The notes under the pieces: generated by a model
What the model saw: the letters and a program-made list of their open reading frames with translations, nothing else
Databases searched by the model: none
What the model was told of the DNA's origin: nothing
Part shown: piece after piece, positions 1 through 14,200 of the stretch
Numbering within the stretch: position 1 is the first letter of the stretch
Layout of the letters: every line of letters begins with the position of its first letter
Position numbers and translations under genes: made by a program
From: Bugula neritina
Lineage: Eukaryota > Animalia > Bryozoa
DNA length: 64,000 nt
Direction: 5' to 3'
NCBI GenBank assembly: GCA_964035545.1
Contig: OZ037767.1
Location: 21,716,628 to 21,780,627, forward strand

Positions 1-1554
1 TTTTATGACTTTACATGCTGGACTAAATTCTAAAACAACACTTTTTCCTGTCTACAAATTACCATTTTGAGTTCAAACACATTCAACAGCTGATTTCTTT
101 TCATATGCTAATTTCTGCTAATCATTTTCATAGCTCAAAATTACTGCAGTTCTCTTTGGTTTTGCTGAAAGTTGCACTGCAGATTAAAGGTACAGGAAGA
201 GCAATTGTGTCTGAAAGACCAACTCTCTTTTTATCCATATATACTAATCAGAAACACCATAACTGAGTTGTATATTTTTAGATGTTTAGGGAAATTTTAT
301 GCAAAGGAAGTGTATAGAAAGCTATGAATATTATTGCAGATGATTTTGAATTTAAATGAAACACTAACAGCAATCAGTAAAGCTGTGTTGAAGAAACATA
401 TAGTGAGCTGTTTGAAGTCTCTTTACCAAACCTATAAGGAAAGTATTCTTAATATCCAACAATGATGCATTATAAAAAATTCAAATCTGCCAAAAGAGAT
501 TAGGATAATTCACCATCTTTATACTTGATTTCTACATAGGGTTGCAGGGTGATATGAGAATTGAGACAATTGATTAAACTTCTGGGTTAATCTCTTCATC
601 TGCCAGAAGTTATCCTATTGTGTGTCCGCCATCACAAGTCTTCCTTCCACGTGTTGCATCAACATTACTTACGGCTTATTTGGTTTTAAACAGTTAATAC
701 CACCATATATTATTCTTGATTGAGATAAGCCTCGTGGCAAAGTTCTTAGAAAGAACATTAATCTGCCTGCAGATATAATAACAGAGCTACGGCTGAATAC
801 CCTCTCCTTGTACAGCTCTTCAGTTCAAGTTGGATTATCTTCCCTTCTTGAAGTTACGCTTCATCTGACGTCAATCTGATCAATTAAAATTAATAAATAT
901 TTCCCCTTTGATTTATTTTGATATATTATTATTATTTGGTAGTGAATTGTTTAGCTTGGCAAAATTCCTAACTATTTTTTGGTAACTGTCAAATTCAGGT
1001 TAATTAATATTCTATATTTACCACACTAAATAGTTTGCTGACGACATAAAACTTAAATGCATTGCATAATCTGTGTGGAATTTGTGTCACATTTAATTAA
1101 AGGTAATATTGTTATAAATTTATAACTTTTGACCTCTAGTTGGACAACAAATTTAAAAATTGTGATTGATCAATAATCATTAGCCAACTTAGTTTTAAAA
1201 AACACATTCTGTTAACTTTACTGTGCATGAACTGGCACATTTACAGACCAATCTATATATTATGGTAAACGTTTTAGATAATCATTATCAAAAAGTTTTT
1301 CTAGAGGCAAAAATAGGATTTTGACATGGGTCTTGTTCCAAGGAATTAAAGATAATTTTGTTTAAATCAATAAGTACTTTTAAAGTATAATTTTATATAA
1401 TCATATATAATGTCCACCCTTTATAATTGAAATAATACATACCCACGCCTAGTTTAACTATATAACATATTTTGCTGTCAAGCGTTTAAGGATTTTTAAA
1501 ACTGCTATAAAACATAACTTGTGTGCTTATAGATGTCTATAGGTGCAAAGTTGT

Positions 1555-1770
1555 TCAACCAATTCATAGTCAAGTGGTTAAAGCCGGGGAGTAGCCATAG
1601 TAGCTGACCTAACATGGCACATGTGTCCTGAGTTCAAATTCTAGCGAAGACATTTAAGATCTCAGGGTTGTTCAAAGACGAGAACTGGTGAAAAATACAA
1701 GCGGTGCTAAGCCCACCAAAACACACTCATCACTTGGTTTTGTACAGGGATTTTGACGTTGAACAAGCAT
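1555..1770 (+). mobile_element. Degenerate tRNA-derived SINE
   Basis: A-box-like TAGTCAAGTGG 1567-1577 and B-box-like AGTTCAAATTC 1631-1641 in a locally GC-richer patch. Boundaries are approximate. Confidence 0.4.
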
Positions 1771-4700
1771 TATATTTGATTTTGAAGCTCTTAGTAAGTT
1801 TCGCGATTGATTTTTGAGTTTGGTTTATTAGCAGACGATCTCTATAAAGCAAAATAAACAATATTTTCTAGCTTAATTTTAGTGAGCAAGAATTTAATTG
1901 TTTTTGCCTGAAAATTATATATACATCAAAAACTAAATGTTTTACTCTGGTTGTATGTCAGCTAATGATTTTATAATTACAATAAATAAAAACTGTCGAA
2001 AAGAGAACTCGAAGTATGATTTGAATTATATAAATATATCTTTAGCCAAGATTTTAAGTTACTCTAAAACAATAAATCCAGTAAGCCTGGTATGACTGGC
2101 TATAGCAGCCACTGAACTGAAACTATAACTTATATTATAGTTATAGTTCAATGATAGCAGCAGCTTTTCTATTGAGTTTAGGCATCTAAGTAAGCACATT
2201 ACTATAAATTATTGTTCCAAATGTTCAAATATATTTGGCAAGCATTGCAGTAATAGCACCATTAAGTATTTATTTAGGATCATCATAAAATGGAGTTGAT
2301 AATAAATGTTGGCTGGTTTGTGTAATTGAGTAGGCAGCTTATGAAAGTTTAAATATTTATGTAAGTATTTTCAGTTGAAAGTTACAGAGTTAAAAGAAGC
2401 AGTGATGGGTCTATTGCACCTGATAGCTTCTGGTATAATCTCTATATATTGAGTGTGCCAGCTTACAACTCTTAGGATTAGCTTAATCTCCAATAAATTA
2501 CTAATATATCGTAGCCGAAATGCTCTCAAATGCTGTAACATGGGTGGTAGCAGAAGGTGCCCATGCTTATTTAAATCCTTTCAGATCAGGAGAAATAGGC
2601 TACAAATGGTGCAATAAATTGGTATATGGCTCGTGCTCTATTAACTACCTCATGATTTACACCGCAAAATTGTAATAAATTACAGGATTATGCTGAGAGT
2701 TGAATAGGTGAATGGCTCACTATTCGTCTGCAGTGATTAATAAGTTTGCTTTATGTTACATTTTATTCACTTATATGTAGAGCTACTGAATAGCAAATTA
2801 ATGCAACGCATTAATGTTATGCAGCCAGTCCCACCATCTCTGATTAGTCATTGTTGTGTTGCCTAATTTTAATTTCTTAAAGCTTTAAGAAGTACATGAG
2901 TGATAGAGTTGTGCAACTCTCTGATTGTACAGTGTATGACACTTGTCACCACTTACTGCCATGCAAGTACCTGTTGTATGTTGTCTCTGCTTGCAACTGG
3001 TATACGCAACATTTTGTGGTGAAGGCTGCGCAAACATGTAGAATTATAATAAAAAGTGATTAAGTAATACTGTACTGGCCTGTCTTAAGAACATAAAAAC
3101 AATTAATTTAATAACACTAATGGTAATATCAGGAAACGATTGCATCTAGGAAATCTGAAATTTAATTTCATCATCTACAAAGCTACCACACAATATTGAT
3201 ATATTACGAATAGAATTGGCTGCTTTACAAACTGCAATGGCTACCCAGTAGTTAGTGAAATATTCAAAGTGCATGTAAAGTTCTTAAAATTAAAGAAATA
3301 TCAAATTTCAGATACACTATATAAGAACAAATTGAGATACATTTCACTTTACATAGAACAATTGATGAAATGGCTACTAGGCAAAAGGGAGATGTAAACA
3401 GCACAAGTGGCCCAGGTGCCCTTTGAGTGCCCTCTAAGTGCCTTCTTGACACACTTGACAAGTGCTTGTTTTACAAAACAATCAGGGTGATGGTGGGAGC
3501 TGAACTACACACGTGTGATTGAACACTTGATGAGGATAATATAAACAAATTATGGTAAAGCACCCGAGCTAATGGTCTTCAATTCCAACTGTTTTAATTT
3601 TCCCATGAAAAGGGAGCACAGGTGCTTTGACAGTATTTGTAATTATTGTTTTATATGACTGCAAAACTAATACTAGTAAAATGATCAGTAATTAGTATTC
3701 TCAATCAACTTGTATATTACAAACTATAAGTTAAACAAATTGCGGAAAAACCTGCAGCTTGAAACAAATCTTTCCAATAGCTTTTACATAAATAATGTTT
3801 TCGTTTAGCTAGTGTGAAATTGGGTATGACAAAATTTACCTTAGAATTTAAAATACATCTTAATCAGGACATTGATATATCAACTTGAATTGGTTTTAAA
3901 AAATTAGTCACCTACTTAAGATAAACGTCTTCGAGGAAGAAGGAGACATAATAGGGTTAAAATTACCATATTTCAACTACCGTATAACATTTAATGTAAT
4001 TATTCTTATTTTTGCATGATTTTGCATGTTGCTGACTTGTATATTGCTGCCAAGTGTGTTTATTTCCTCTAATTGAACTATACAAATAAATTTGTTAAGT
4101 TGTTTTGGGACTGCAATGTGACATATTTATTTAAGTAGAGCTGGTAGTTATTTCTTCATACAAATAAAAAAGTTGCCAAGTTATGCTGAAACATCTCTTC
4201 ATTTGCAGCTAGAGTGGGAACTAGCAGGAATTTAGACAAGTTGTGATATTCCTCCCTATATGTTATGTTTGACTAATGAAGGCTAAATCTAAAACAGAAT
4301 GCCAGTCTTTTAATAATAAATTTGCTTAAAATTCAAGCACATGCCATAAAATGTCAACTCCACCTGTAAGCTGACTTCATAGAGTTATGCAAAGAATGAT
4401 ATCATCCATCTCAGTGGCTGTGACATGCGTCCTGCTTTGTTTTATTTATTTGTTTAAAATAAATTATTGCATTAGTTTTGGTGCCAAGTGCACATGCGCA
4501 TTTGTACGACATTACTACACAATTTTGGTCAACAACTTGTGCCAAGCCTTAATATTTCGCTTCAACAAATGTGATGTGTTCAGGTTATAATTTAAATAAT
4601 AACAAGAAAAGCCAAAACAGTGAAAGAAAGTTGGCACAAGCTTCGCAAATAAGTGTCAAGTTTTTAAATAGACAAAACAACAATTTCAACACTTTGGTGT

Positions 4701-5739
4701 TAGTTCAAGTACCCTTAACTTAGCCCAGCTTGATTGGCACACTTCAAACTCTTTCTACAATTGGTACTTGAATTTCATTTTTTGTCTTCAAACCTGCCAA
4801 GCAGTTCCGAAAAATAATGAATGAGGAATTAATTAAAAATTTATAATTGAAAATGGGCTTTCAAAGTGAACTGGTATGCAAATTTAGAAGTCTCTTTCAT
4901 TTTTTGGGACTGAGTTGCACGTATGCTATTTACTGTTTTAAATTTTCTTGGACTTAAGTTGAAATTGTGCATTTTTCTGTTTAGTAAGGAAGTTTATTAT
5001 CTGACAAAAAGAGATGATGGTTACTTTTTATACCAAACTTTTATCTTAAACTTGTTTTGTTTCACTTACCTTAACTACAATCACTTTTGTTATCGATATA
5101 CATTAATACATAATAGGAGCTAAAGCTTGCACAAAATTGCAATGTCTCAAGTGTATATATTTGTAAGGCTTGTCAACGTGTGTTAAAGCAATATTAAACA
5201 TAGTCTAGCTATAGTAATAGTAAGTATAGTAATCCCCAACGGTTTACGTAGTCAGGCATTTAAAATATGCATATATTTTGCATGTGTGCAGCCCAAAAGT
5301 TGATATGAAGTGATGCAGAATTTCATTGCTGTAACATAATCAATGCAATGTGTACTTACATTGTACTTGTTAAATGCTGTGTTCAAAGCCAACCAAGTCT
5401 AAGAGCTACCAAAGTTAGGAGATGCAAGGCTTGCAATGTCACTTTGGTCGGTTGTGACCCACCAGTTTGTATTTTATAGTTCTTGGGTATAAATTAGCCT
5501 TAGAACTGACTAGTGCAGTCAAAAAGAATAGCCCAAACAATTACTACAATCAAGCAAGTTTAGTCTGGATAAACTAAATAAGCTTCAGTTTTAGCTTTAA
5601 AAGTTAGTGATTCATTTAATTTATTCTAAGTCTACAAAGTCAACAACTGCTTAATTGCAAAAAGATGTCTTTTTTAAATAATAAGAACTATAGGTTTTAT
5701 GCGGCTTTTTATTTTATTATTTCTAATTTACAACATATT

Positions 5740-5885
5740 CACCAATATTCAATAGTCAATAATCAATAACCAATATTTAATAACTAATAACCTATAATAA
5801 ATAGTCAATAACCAATAATCACTAACCAATAATAAACAACCAGAAGCCAATAATCAGCAACCAATAATCAATAACTAGTAATAAT
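5740..5885. repeat. Degenerate heptamer tandem repeat (AACCAAT/AATCAAT)n
   Basis: About 20 diverged 7-mers visible directly. Confidence 0.75.
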
Positions 5886-7944
5886 TAAGTTGTACTTTGT
5901 TTATAATAATTTATTATGTTTGTTGCTACAGTTTGAAGTTTGTGCGTATATAACATTTAGATATACTGCTGAGGTATACTATAAGTACTAAAACATTGGG
6001 GTTAAAAGTACATCAAAGAGTCATAGAAATATTTCTGGTTGTGCTGACCTATACTTGGAAATATTTATTGGACTATGCCATAATTAGCAGTTTGAAAGTG
6101 AAATATTATAAAATCAGTTTTCTGAAGTCCTAGAAAGGTTAATTGATTTTATACCTTTTAATAGCTGAGATATTGAATTGATAATAAGATGAGCTTGAAT
6201 TGGCAGCGAGACTATAACTATAAATTGAAGTTATATGCAGATATTTAAATCTCGTTCGCTAAAAAAATAAGTTAAAATTTGATTTCAGTTGATGTATATA
6301 GAAAAGGTAACATCTCATTGACTTAGACTTTGTTTCAAGTTACAAAAACTGCATTTTCATCATTAGAAACATTGCTTTACGATCAGCTGCTCTCAACTTT
6401 TCCAAAAATAACTTATGCTGCTGATACACTGCTGCCTAAAGTGCTGTCAGATGGTGCACCTGGAACTAGCTACCTGTTTCGGATATACCTGGACATGTTT
6501 ATTTAATCTTAAGCACTCACTCTTAACACACTGGTGAGTAAACAAAACAATAGCTGAGAGTTTGACACCTGATTGGAGTTTCACATTTCTACAGTAAAAC
6601 TAATTTTTACTCTCAACGCAGCAACCAAAGTCAATAAATCTTTTATAGTAGCGACATTAAACTGAAGTGACATGTTTAAACAGTATTGTAGTTGATCACA
6701 GCTGGTCATGAATCAGTTAGATCAAATGTTAGGGGGCGTCTCTTTGACAACCCTGAGAGGGTAATGTAAACTCAGTCTACTCTACTTGAAGAAAGATAAT
6801 GGCACACGCTGAAATACTCATCCTTATTGTAAGTCTTGCCCTGTCTGTGACTTTTCAAGTATTTGCTACTCATCTGGCTGCTAGTTCAACAAATACTCAA
6901 GTAAAGCAAGCATAAGTGAAATTCCTACAACTAAAGATGAGAAAACGCCATGTTTCTTCAGATTGTTGACTATTTGTCTTTTATTAAATATTTTCTATTA
7001 TACTATATAATAAATACTCTCTATTCTAAACATTTAACCTTGCATGGCTAACCTAAAAAGGTATCAATTTAGGTCGCTGAATATTTGAACTGTTTGTCAG
7101 CTATACCATTGGTTGTTTACATTAGAGTTATATCTGGTATAGAGCTACCTGTTGTTTTTTCTAGTTAAAACAGGACAACGCTATATTGGCAAAACTTGTT
7201 CAACCAAGCTATTCAAATTAGTTCAGCCAAAGTTTTGGCGTTGCCAAGTGTTGTTTTGGCAACACAAACAAAGACTAAAGTGAATAATTTGGATTTCGAA
7301 ATTTGAATTATGTATTAACTGATAACATTTGAATTACCCTGCTTGTAAAAATTCTCATATATGATTCCGGCTGGCCACATGTCATACAGTTAATTATTTG
7401 ATTATTTATTCAAAGTTTGCAATTTTTGGTGATATCAGCTTAGAGTTATTTTTAAAGTTTGATCCTTGTTGCTAGAGCAACATAAAGTTTATGTTGGTAG
7501 ACTTTTAATATGTAAGCAGTGTGTAAATAATGAATAACATACACAGTAACTTTTCTTTAAAACTACTTAATTAAGCAACTTACTAAACGGAATGCATTTA
7601 ACCTTTTTTTTGCAAGAGACTAGTTTGGCTCACTTAAAACCTGGATGTTGTTTGAAGCACTTCAGAAAGTGGAATCTGCCAAAACTTAAAATACATTCGT
7701 GTATTTAGCAGGATGAAAGCTACCAAAAATGGTGCCAATAGTTAACTTTAGCTTCCCGTTCCCATTATGTGACCGCTGCCAGATGTATGATTTGCTACAG
7801 AATAGGAATGTGTATGACACGGTTAGTGTGGAGGCCTGCAAAATTGCGGGGGCATTGCATAGCGGCAGTATACTGACTCACAGATGACTCTTTATTGTTG
7901 GAGGATAGAACAATATTCATGACTTTATTCTGTCACCATTATTG

Positions 7945-8292
7945 TATGGGTCATTTTACTTAATTAAACACTGGAAATATCGAGTTTTTAGCTATAATTT
8001 ATCACAGTTTAACTGCTAATGAACATGGAATTTTGCCCAAAACTAGTAAAATATCAATAAATGAACCTAAAAAATTAAAGTTCTTTTTAATTTTGCTTGA
8101 TTTCCATGTCTTTTCTTATTTATTTAGCTAATTTGGATTGCGGACAGTTATGGTTTTATGTAACGGTCTGCAATCAAAAATAGCTGAAAAATTAGGAAAA
8201 AGCATGAGCTGTCAAGCAAAATTAAGAAGAACCTTGATTATTCAGCTAAAAACTCGATATTTCCAGTGTTTAATTAAGTAAAATGACCCATA
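7945..8292. mobile_element. TA-flanked MITE with 49 bp perfect terminal inverted repeats
   Basis: TATGGGTCATTTTACTTAATTAAACACTGGAAATATCGAGTTTTTAGCT at 7945 has an exact reverse complement ending at 8292. A homologous copy lies at 48640-48855. Confidence 0.88.
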
Positions 8293-11200
8293 TGAAAGCG
8301 GCTGGTTTACTGCTCTCACTCACAATATTTATCCGAATAATAAATTTGTTTTGAAAAAGCCAAGGGTTGATACCAGTGTAAATTATTTGCGTATAATCTT
8401 CAGATTAGCATCCTTGATTATTCATTTCCAAATCAGCCTGCATGGAGGCAGGCGTGTAAAGCTTCCTACAATGTGGAAGTGGATTACTAATTCTCTTTAC
8501 TTGTTGAGCAAATTGTTGCCATTACCTTAAGCTCTATATGTAACTCTGTGATTTGAAGATAATACGTTATGTCACAACAAGATTATCTGTTGTTGCAAAT
8601 TTTAGGCAACTACTACCCTGACTAATCAAAACATGTATTAAATTATAAGTGAACATGTAGGTATTGCTATTTGTGAACATCAACTTTTGCGCATAAAACA
8701 ATGATAATTAACATAAATTTGTGAAAAATGAATGAATAAGTTATACAGCATAATGTGTGAAAGACAGACGTTTTTAGTTACATAATATGTACCCAAGCCT
8801 TGGAGAGAAAAATTTTATTGATTAAAATACCTTTAGCTAGAACCAAAGGCAGAAAAGAATATACCAGCTAGTACAGTTAAAAGGTATATTATGTTTATTA
8901 GCTTAAAGAATGACCTTTAACCTTGATACCCACTCTGTTAGGTCTGTCCTAATCAGCAGTATATAAGAGATTATGTAGAATCACCAAGCAAGGCAAACAC
9001 TCACTTCCATGTCTTTAAATTTATAAAAAAGTTGAAGTGAAAAGCAGCTACTAGACATCGTTTACCTGGTTGGTCTTCCAACAACAAAAACGAAAGTTGC
9101 ACTGTTACCTGCAGAATTAACTAAGTGTTACCTGCAGAGCAAAGATCTCAAGATCTAACTAATAAAACTTTTGTTCATGCTTCTTTAAAAATAGTGAAAC
9201 AAGATTTGGAATGTGACTATAGTATAACAATGAATCATTATAGCCATCAAAATAAGGCACTTAATTAAAGTCGAAAAACATGTTTTCTTAAACATAAAGT
9301 AGGTTTGTATAACGATTATGTTTTGTATTTTGATACTAAATAAAAAATTTTGAGATTAGAATTGATGTAGTGTATAAATGAGTTTTTGTAGTATATATAC
9401 ATTATTTGAATATGTATTAATTTGTATATAATATCTGAAGTTATAATTAGACTAAAATAGGATAACAATCTATAAAGTTGTAAAAACAATACTTGGCATA
9501 CAAACTGAAATAGTAATACAAAATTATCACAATCCATTGGTAATCAAAACATATACAATTAGAAGCATTAAAAGGGCTAAATAAATTGTTTGTATAGGAG
9601 TTATGCTGTCGTTTCAAAACATGTATGTCAGTTAACTGTAACCAGTCATACATGAAATGTTGTTGGGCTTGAAAGTTATGAAATTTGTGTCATACAATTA
9701 AAAGAAAATAAGGGAATTGTTGATTTAAACTAATGATTTACATATTCATGGCAATAGCTCGTTTCAACTTCCAGAAATTCCATCTGTGGTGAATAATTGT
9801 TAGAATTACATGTCATAGGCTTCTAACAGCCCTCATTAAATTATTTATTATTCGTTTTGTTGAAATTATAAGCAAGACATTGTAATGTTATACATAAGTT
9901 TACCATTTACTCGCTCCATTATATTTAATGATATTCATTTCAAGTTAATGATTTAATTACATTTACAGAATGGGATTGTAATGATATACATGTATGGGTA
10001 TTATAATGAGCTACCGCTGTGCAGTTTCCATCCGCCCTCCTCAATCTCCCATTCATCACATGGTATAATATAATTAACATATCATATACATGCGCATGGT
10101 ATGCCTGTTGCATTTTCACATTTATTGTCTTTGAGCAGTTTGGGGAGCTCGTAAGCCACCCTCACCGTTTTTCTTCTACAATGACTAAATAAGAATCTGT
10201 AAAGAGGGTGTGCCAACTGTACGTAATATACATAGCCTTGTTCTAAATAACCCACAATCTTTTCAACAAGTATTGTGAAGGGTGTTTTGAGACACCCATT
10301 GATTACACGTTTTATATGCTACCACAAACCGACTTTTCATCATTATGTAAATGGTGTTAAAAACTCGCATTTTTATTGTTTCACCCAAATTCTGACCAAT
10401 AAAACCTATAACTTATTGTGACTATTAGCTGCCCCTCGTATCACTGATCGAATGTGGTCTAGTGGGCTAGGTCTGATTGCCCTCTATACGTGTGTCCCTG
10501 GTACCATTTGTTTTCCTTATGCGTCTACACCCTACACCTGTCCAATTCCGCTATTCCGGTACAAAACCACGTCTAAAAATAAGCGCCCTGTTGCACAAAG
10601 CTTTAATTATATATATATATATCAACACAGCATACATGACTCATATGTTTATTACGAATATTGTATGAGTCTTGTAAAGTAAATTACATATAACAAAACT
10701 ATCATTTTTGAAATTTTATTGTTGTATATATATTAATCCATTTATTTGCTATTTTGTGCAATATATCTCAACAGTATTGTAGAGAAATATTTTTATATTC
10801 TATCAAAATTAAGTTTTTTGCATGATATCTATATATATACTTTATTATATCCTCCAATACAAATATACATGTTTCACATTACATACTCTAATTTAAATAT
10901 ATATATTTTTAATATAGGAGGCAAAAGGTGTTAGAACGAAAATCGAGTTGAAGTGCAAGTCAAACAGGAGAGGTGTGTTGTGTCATGTACACAATTTCTG
11001 ACATGCCAAGCTATATCAAGCTGTAACTTCAGTTGCAGACATGTCTGCAACTGAAGATAAAAAAGTGCACTCTGTCAAGTTTTACATTAAAAAAAACAAA
11101 GACATGTTCAAATATTTTAGAGTTGGGACTTTCCCCAACAACTGTTTCTTCACAACAAGGAACTAGGAGACGCAAGGAAAAGAGGGCTGAACAGTTTCAT

Positions 11201-14200
11201 TAGTGCAAGGTGCAGGCTGAGCTAACCTAACGGCAATATAAAAATATTATGTTAATTCCTATAATTCTCTTCAGCTAATCTACAGGTTATTTGAGACTGA
11301 AATAATTGTTTATTTATAGCGTACTACTATTAATACTATAATTACAGGGTTGTTTAATTCACTTTTAATTAATTTTGTCATATTACTGCCTTAAACACTG
11401 ACACCAGAAACCTCCTATAATTGCTAATAATTTCTTTAAAACTCACACCCAAAGAGTTCCACTTGCCTCACCACCCAACAAAGCAGCCCGGCACACAGTG
11501 GTACCAGTGCTACCCATGACAGGCACGGTTTCTCTCGTCTAAAATAGGCTTGGATCATATTATAAACTCATGCAAAATTAGTGGGTAATGTTCCAGGATC
11601 TCCATGGGTTAGGAGGCCAAAAGTTTTGTGATGGACAAAAATAGATTTCCACACTTGAGATTCTGGCAGAGAGTGAAAGGCCATTTCAATGAAAATAGAG
11701 AAATGTGCTTAGAACAGAGTTCTGTAGGTAATCTGATAAGACATATGGCTGGAAAAGAAAGAAAGAAAAAAGTGGGTAAATAAGCTTAATCTCAACAAAA
11801 CATCTAGATTATATTGATTACAGAACTTAGTCTGAAATCTCAAAGCTTTACATAGTAAAAAGGTGGGGTATTTACAGAAAGTTCCATGATTCAGGTATAA
11901 ATCTACTCAAAACTTAGTCTAGGTAGTGAAATTGACTTGATTAGAAATAATGAGCAACTAAGAATTAGAAATGTTTTTTTGATACTTATCCTAAGGAAAT
12001 GTTCATTATTAGCTTTTTTCCCTCTGAAGAATTTGCCATTGAGAGCAATTATCACAACATTTATCTGTAATTAATCGTAATGTTATAGATTAATTTGCTC
12101 ACATTTTCACAATGCATTGTAGTTAAATTTTGTAACTGCGTATCTGCATGAACACTTTCAACTTTACACAAATAATCTTTTGATAAATTATTTGTGATAT
12201 TATCTAAATGTCCATTTAAAACAACAAGTTTTGCAAATAAAGATAGCTATTATTAGCATCAGAAGTATTTTTTCCAGTAAGGAAAACATTTGAGTTAAAA
12301 TTGTTTTTGTGACCATAGACTAATAGTTAATGTAAAATAATTGGAAATGCGTGAAATTTTGATTCCTTACTTCCAGTGTTTGACTGTAATGTTTTTAAAA
12401 GAGCAAACTGATTCCGTTTTAACTTAGATGGAGTAAAGTTGATTGATAGTCCTCATCTATATTCCTAATAAAATGGGGAATTGGCACCTCTATACCAACT
12501 TGGGCAGTTTCCAGGGCATCTCCTGCAGCTATAATGAAATTAGTCAAATTAGAAGAGTATAAATAAATATTGCATAATGTTGGTAGAAACTGGATAGCAT
12601 AGTGAAGGCACACTTCATCTTATAGCACTAAAACTTTTATATCAAGTTCAAGTTATTCTTTAGTTGAAAGAACAAATATTAGCTCAGGCGGATTCCAGAA
12701 TGTGGTCATTAAGGGGTCTCCATATTCCACAAGACAAATCCTATTTGCTACTAAAGATTAGTGTGTCAGCTTTTAAATAAGGAGATACAAGTTTTAATAA
12801 CCTTTAGATACATCTTTTGTAATTGCAAAAAAATTCACAGCTTTGTAATATTTTGTTAGTAAAATATCCGTGGGAAGCTGTTGAAAAAGTACTTAAGTGG
12901 GGCTACAAACATCTGGTAGAGTGTAAGATAACAGTAGTAGTGGTTTGTCATGTTTACAAGTATCAAATACCGGTGTCAGTGTATAATGTACCCCCAGCAC
13001 TCACACCACCAACTAGTGTGTATATACACATGCATATATAAAGTGTATTAACCAGATAAACACACGGAGTGTGCTACTCATTTGCCTCGCATACCTCAAA
13101 TGGTTTATTTATCCCAACAAGTAGTGTGGTTAACTGCAGCTAATTTAAAGCAGATTTAGCAAATAAGCTTCTGCAAAATATGACAAGTATTTGGATCTGT
13201 TTCTGCACCAGATATCTGCCAGAAGAGTTGACAATAAAAAGTAGCAGATTCATTAAAACACTGCTAAATGCTAATTCCAATAATGCTGCACAATTTATAG
13301 CGATTTCTGGCGTGTATTTTTTATTTATTACAAAAAGATCATATATAATATAAAATATGACTTTAAAAAGTTGCAGAAATGGTACTTTGTTATATATAAG
13401 TCAATGTTAATTTGTATGTAAAATTTTACTTCAACTTCAACTCCTATATATCTTTTCTGTAAAGATTTGACTCCCTGCCGGTGCACAGACATGAAGCACA
13501 GAGCTGTAATTTCTAACAAAGAAAGAGAGATTCAACCCTTTAATTTGGCATTATTTTGAATGTGGCTTTCTAAGATATGTGACATATTACAATACATATT
13601 GTTCTAATGAGCCCTGTTAGCATTGTTTTACACACCCACTGGTTTGTGCTTTAAGGGCCTCTAGGCAATGGCAACAGCTAATTACAGTTAGGCAGTTCAG
13701 TAACCCAACCCTTTTGTCACTTGGATTGGGCTAATCTAAGCTAATTTGCCAACATCGCATCCCAGGGTTAACAACTGTATATAAACATGTATTTTACTGT
13801 TTATCAACAACTGTAACAAGATGCCTAATTAATAGACATGTAGCAGCAAGCTGAACAAGTGCCAGTTACCCTGAGTGGTGGCAGTATGACAGCATGACAA
13901 GGCAGCTACCTGCCCTGCAGCATTGCTAATTATTTCAAAAATAAAATCTATGAAGACCATAATAGATTAATATACAGTTGCATTGTATTGAAATGAAAAT
14001 ATATTTAAAAAACCTCAACGTAAACTATTTAACAAAAACTAAAATCAGTTTTTCACAACTTTTGCAAAAAACAGGAGTATAGATATACTAAAACCAGTCT
14101 TGTTTGAAGAATGTTATTTAGACGAAAAAGTGCATTAAAACAATTAACTAAATTGTGAATGATTATACGAAATGCATTTAACTTATATAACTGTTTTATT

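Noticed and set aside
1-900. Minus-strand exons of a gene leaving the window (donor-like 668-673, CRE TGACGTCA 866-873)
   Set aside because: Only short unrecognisable frames; could be UTR or lncRNA but cannot be supported from the sequence.
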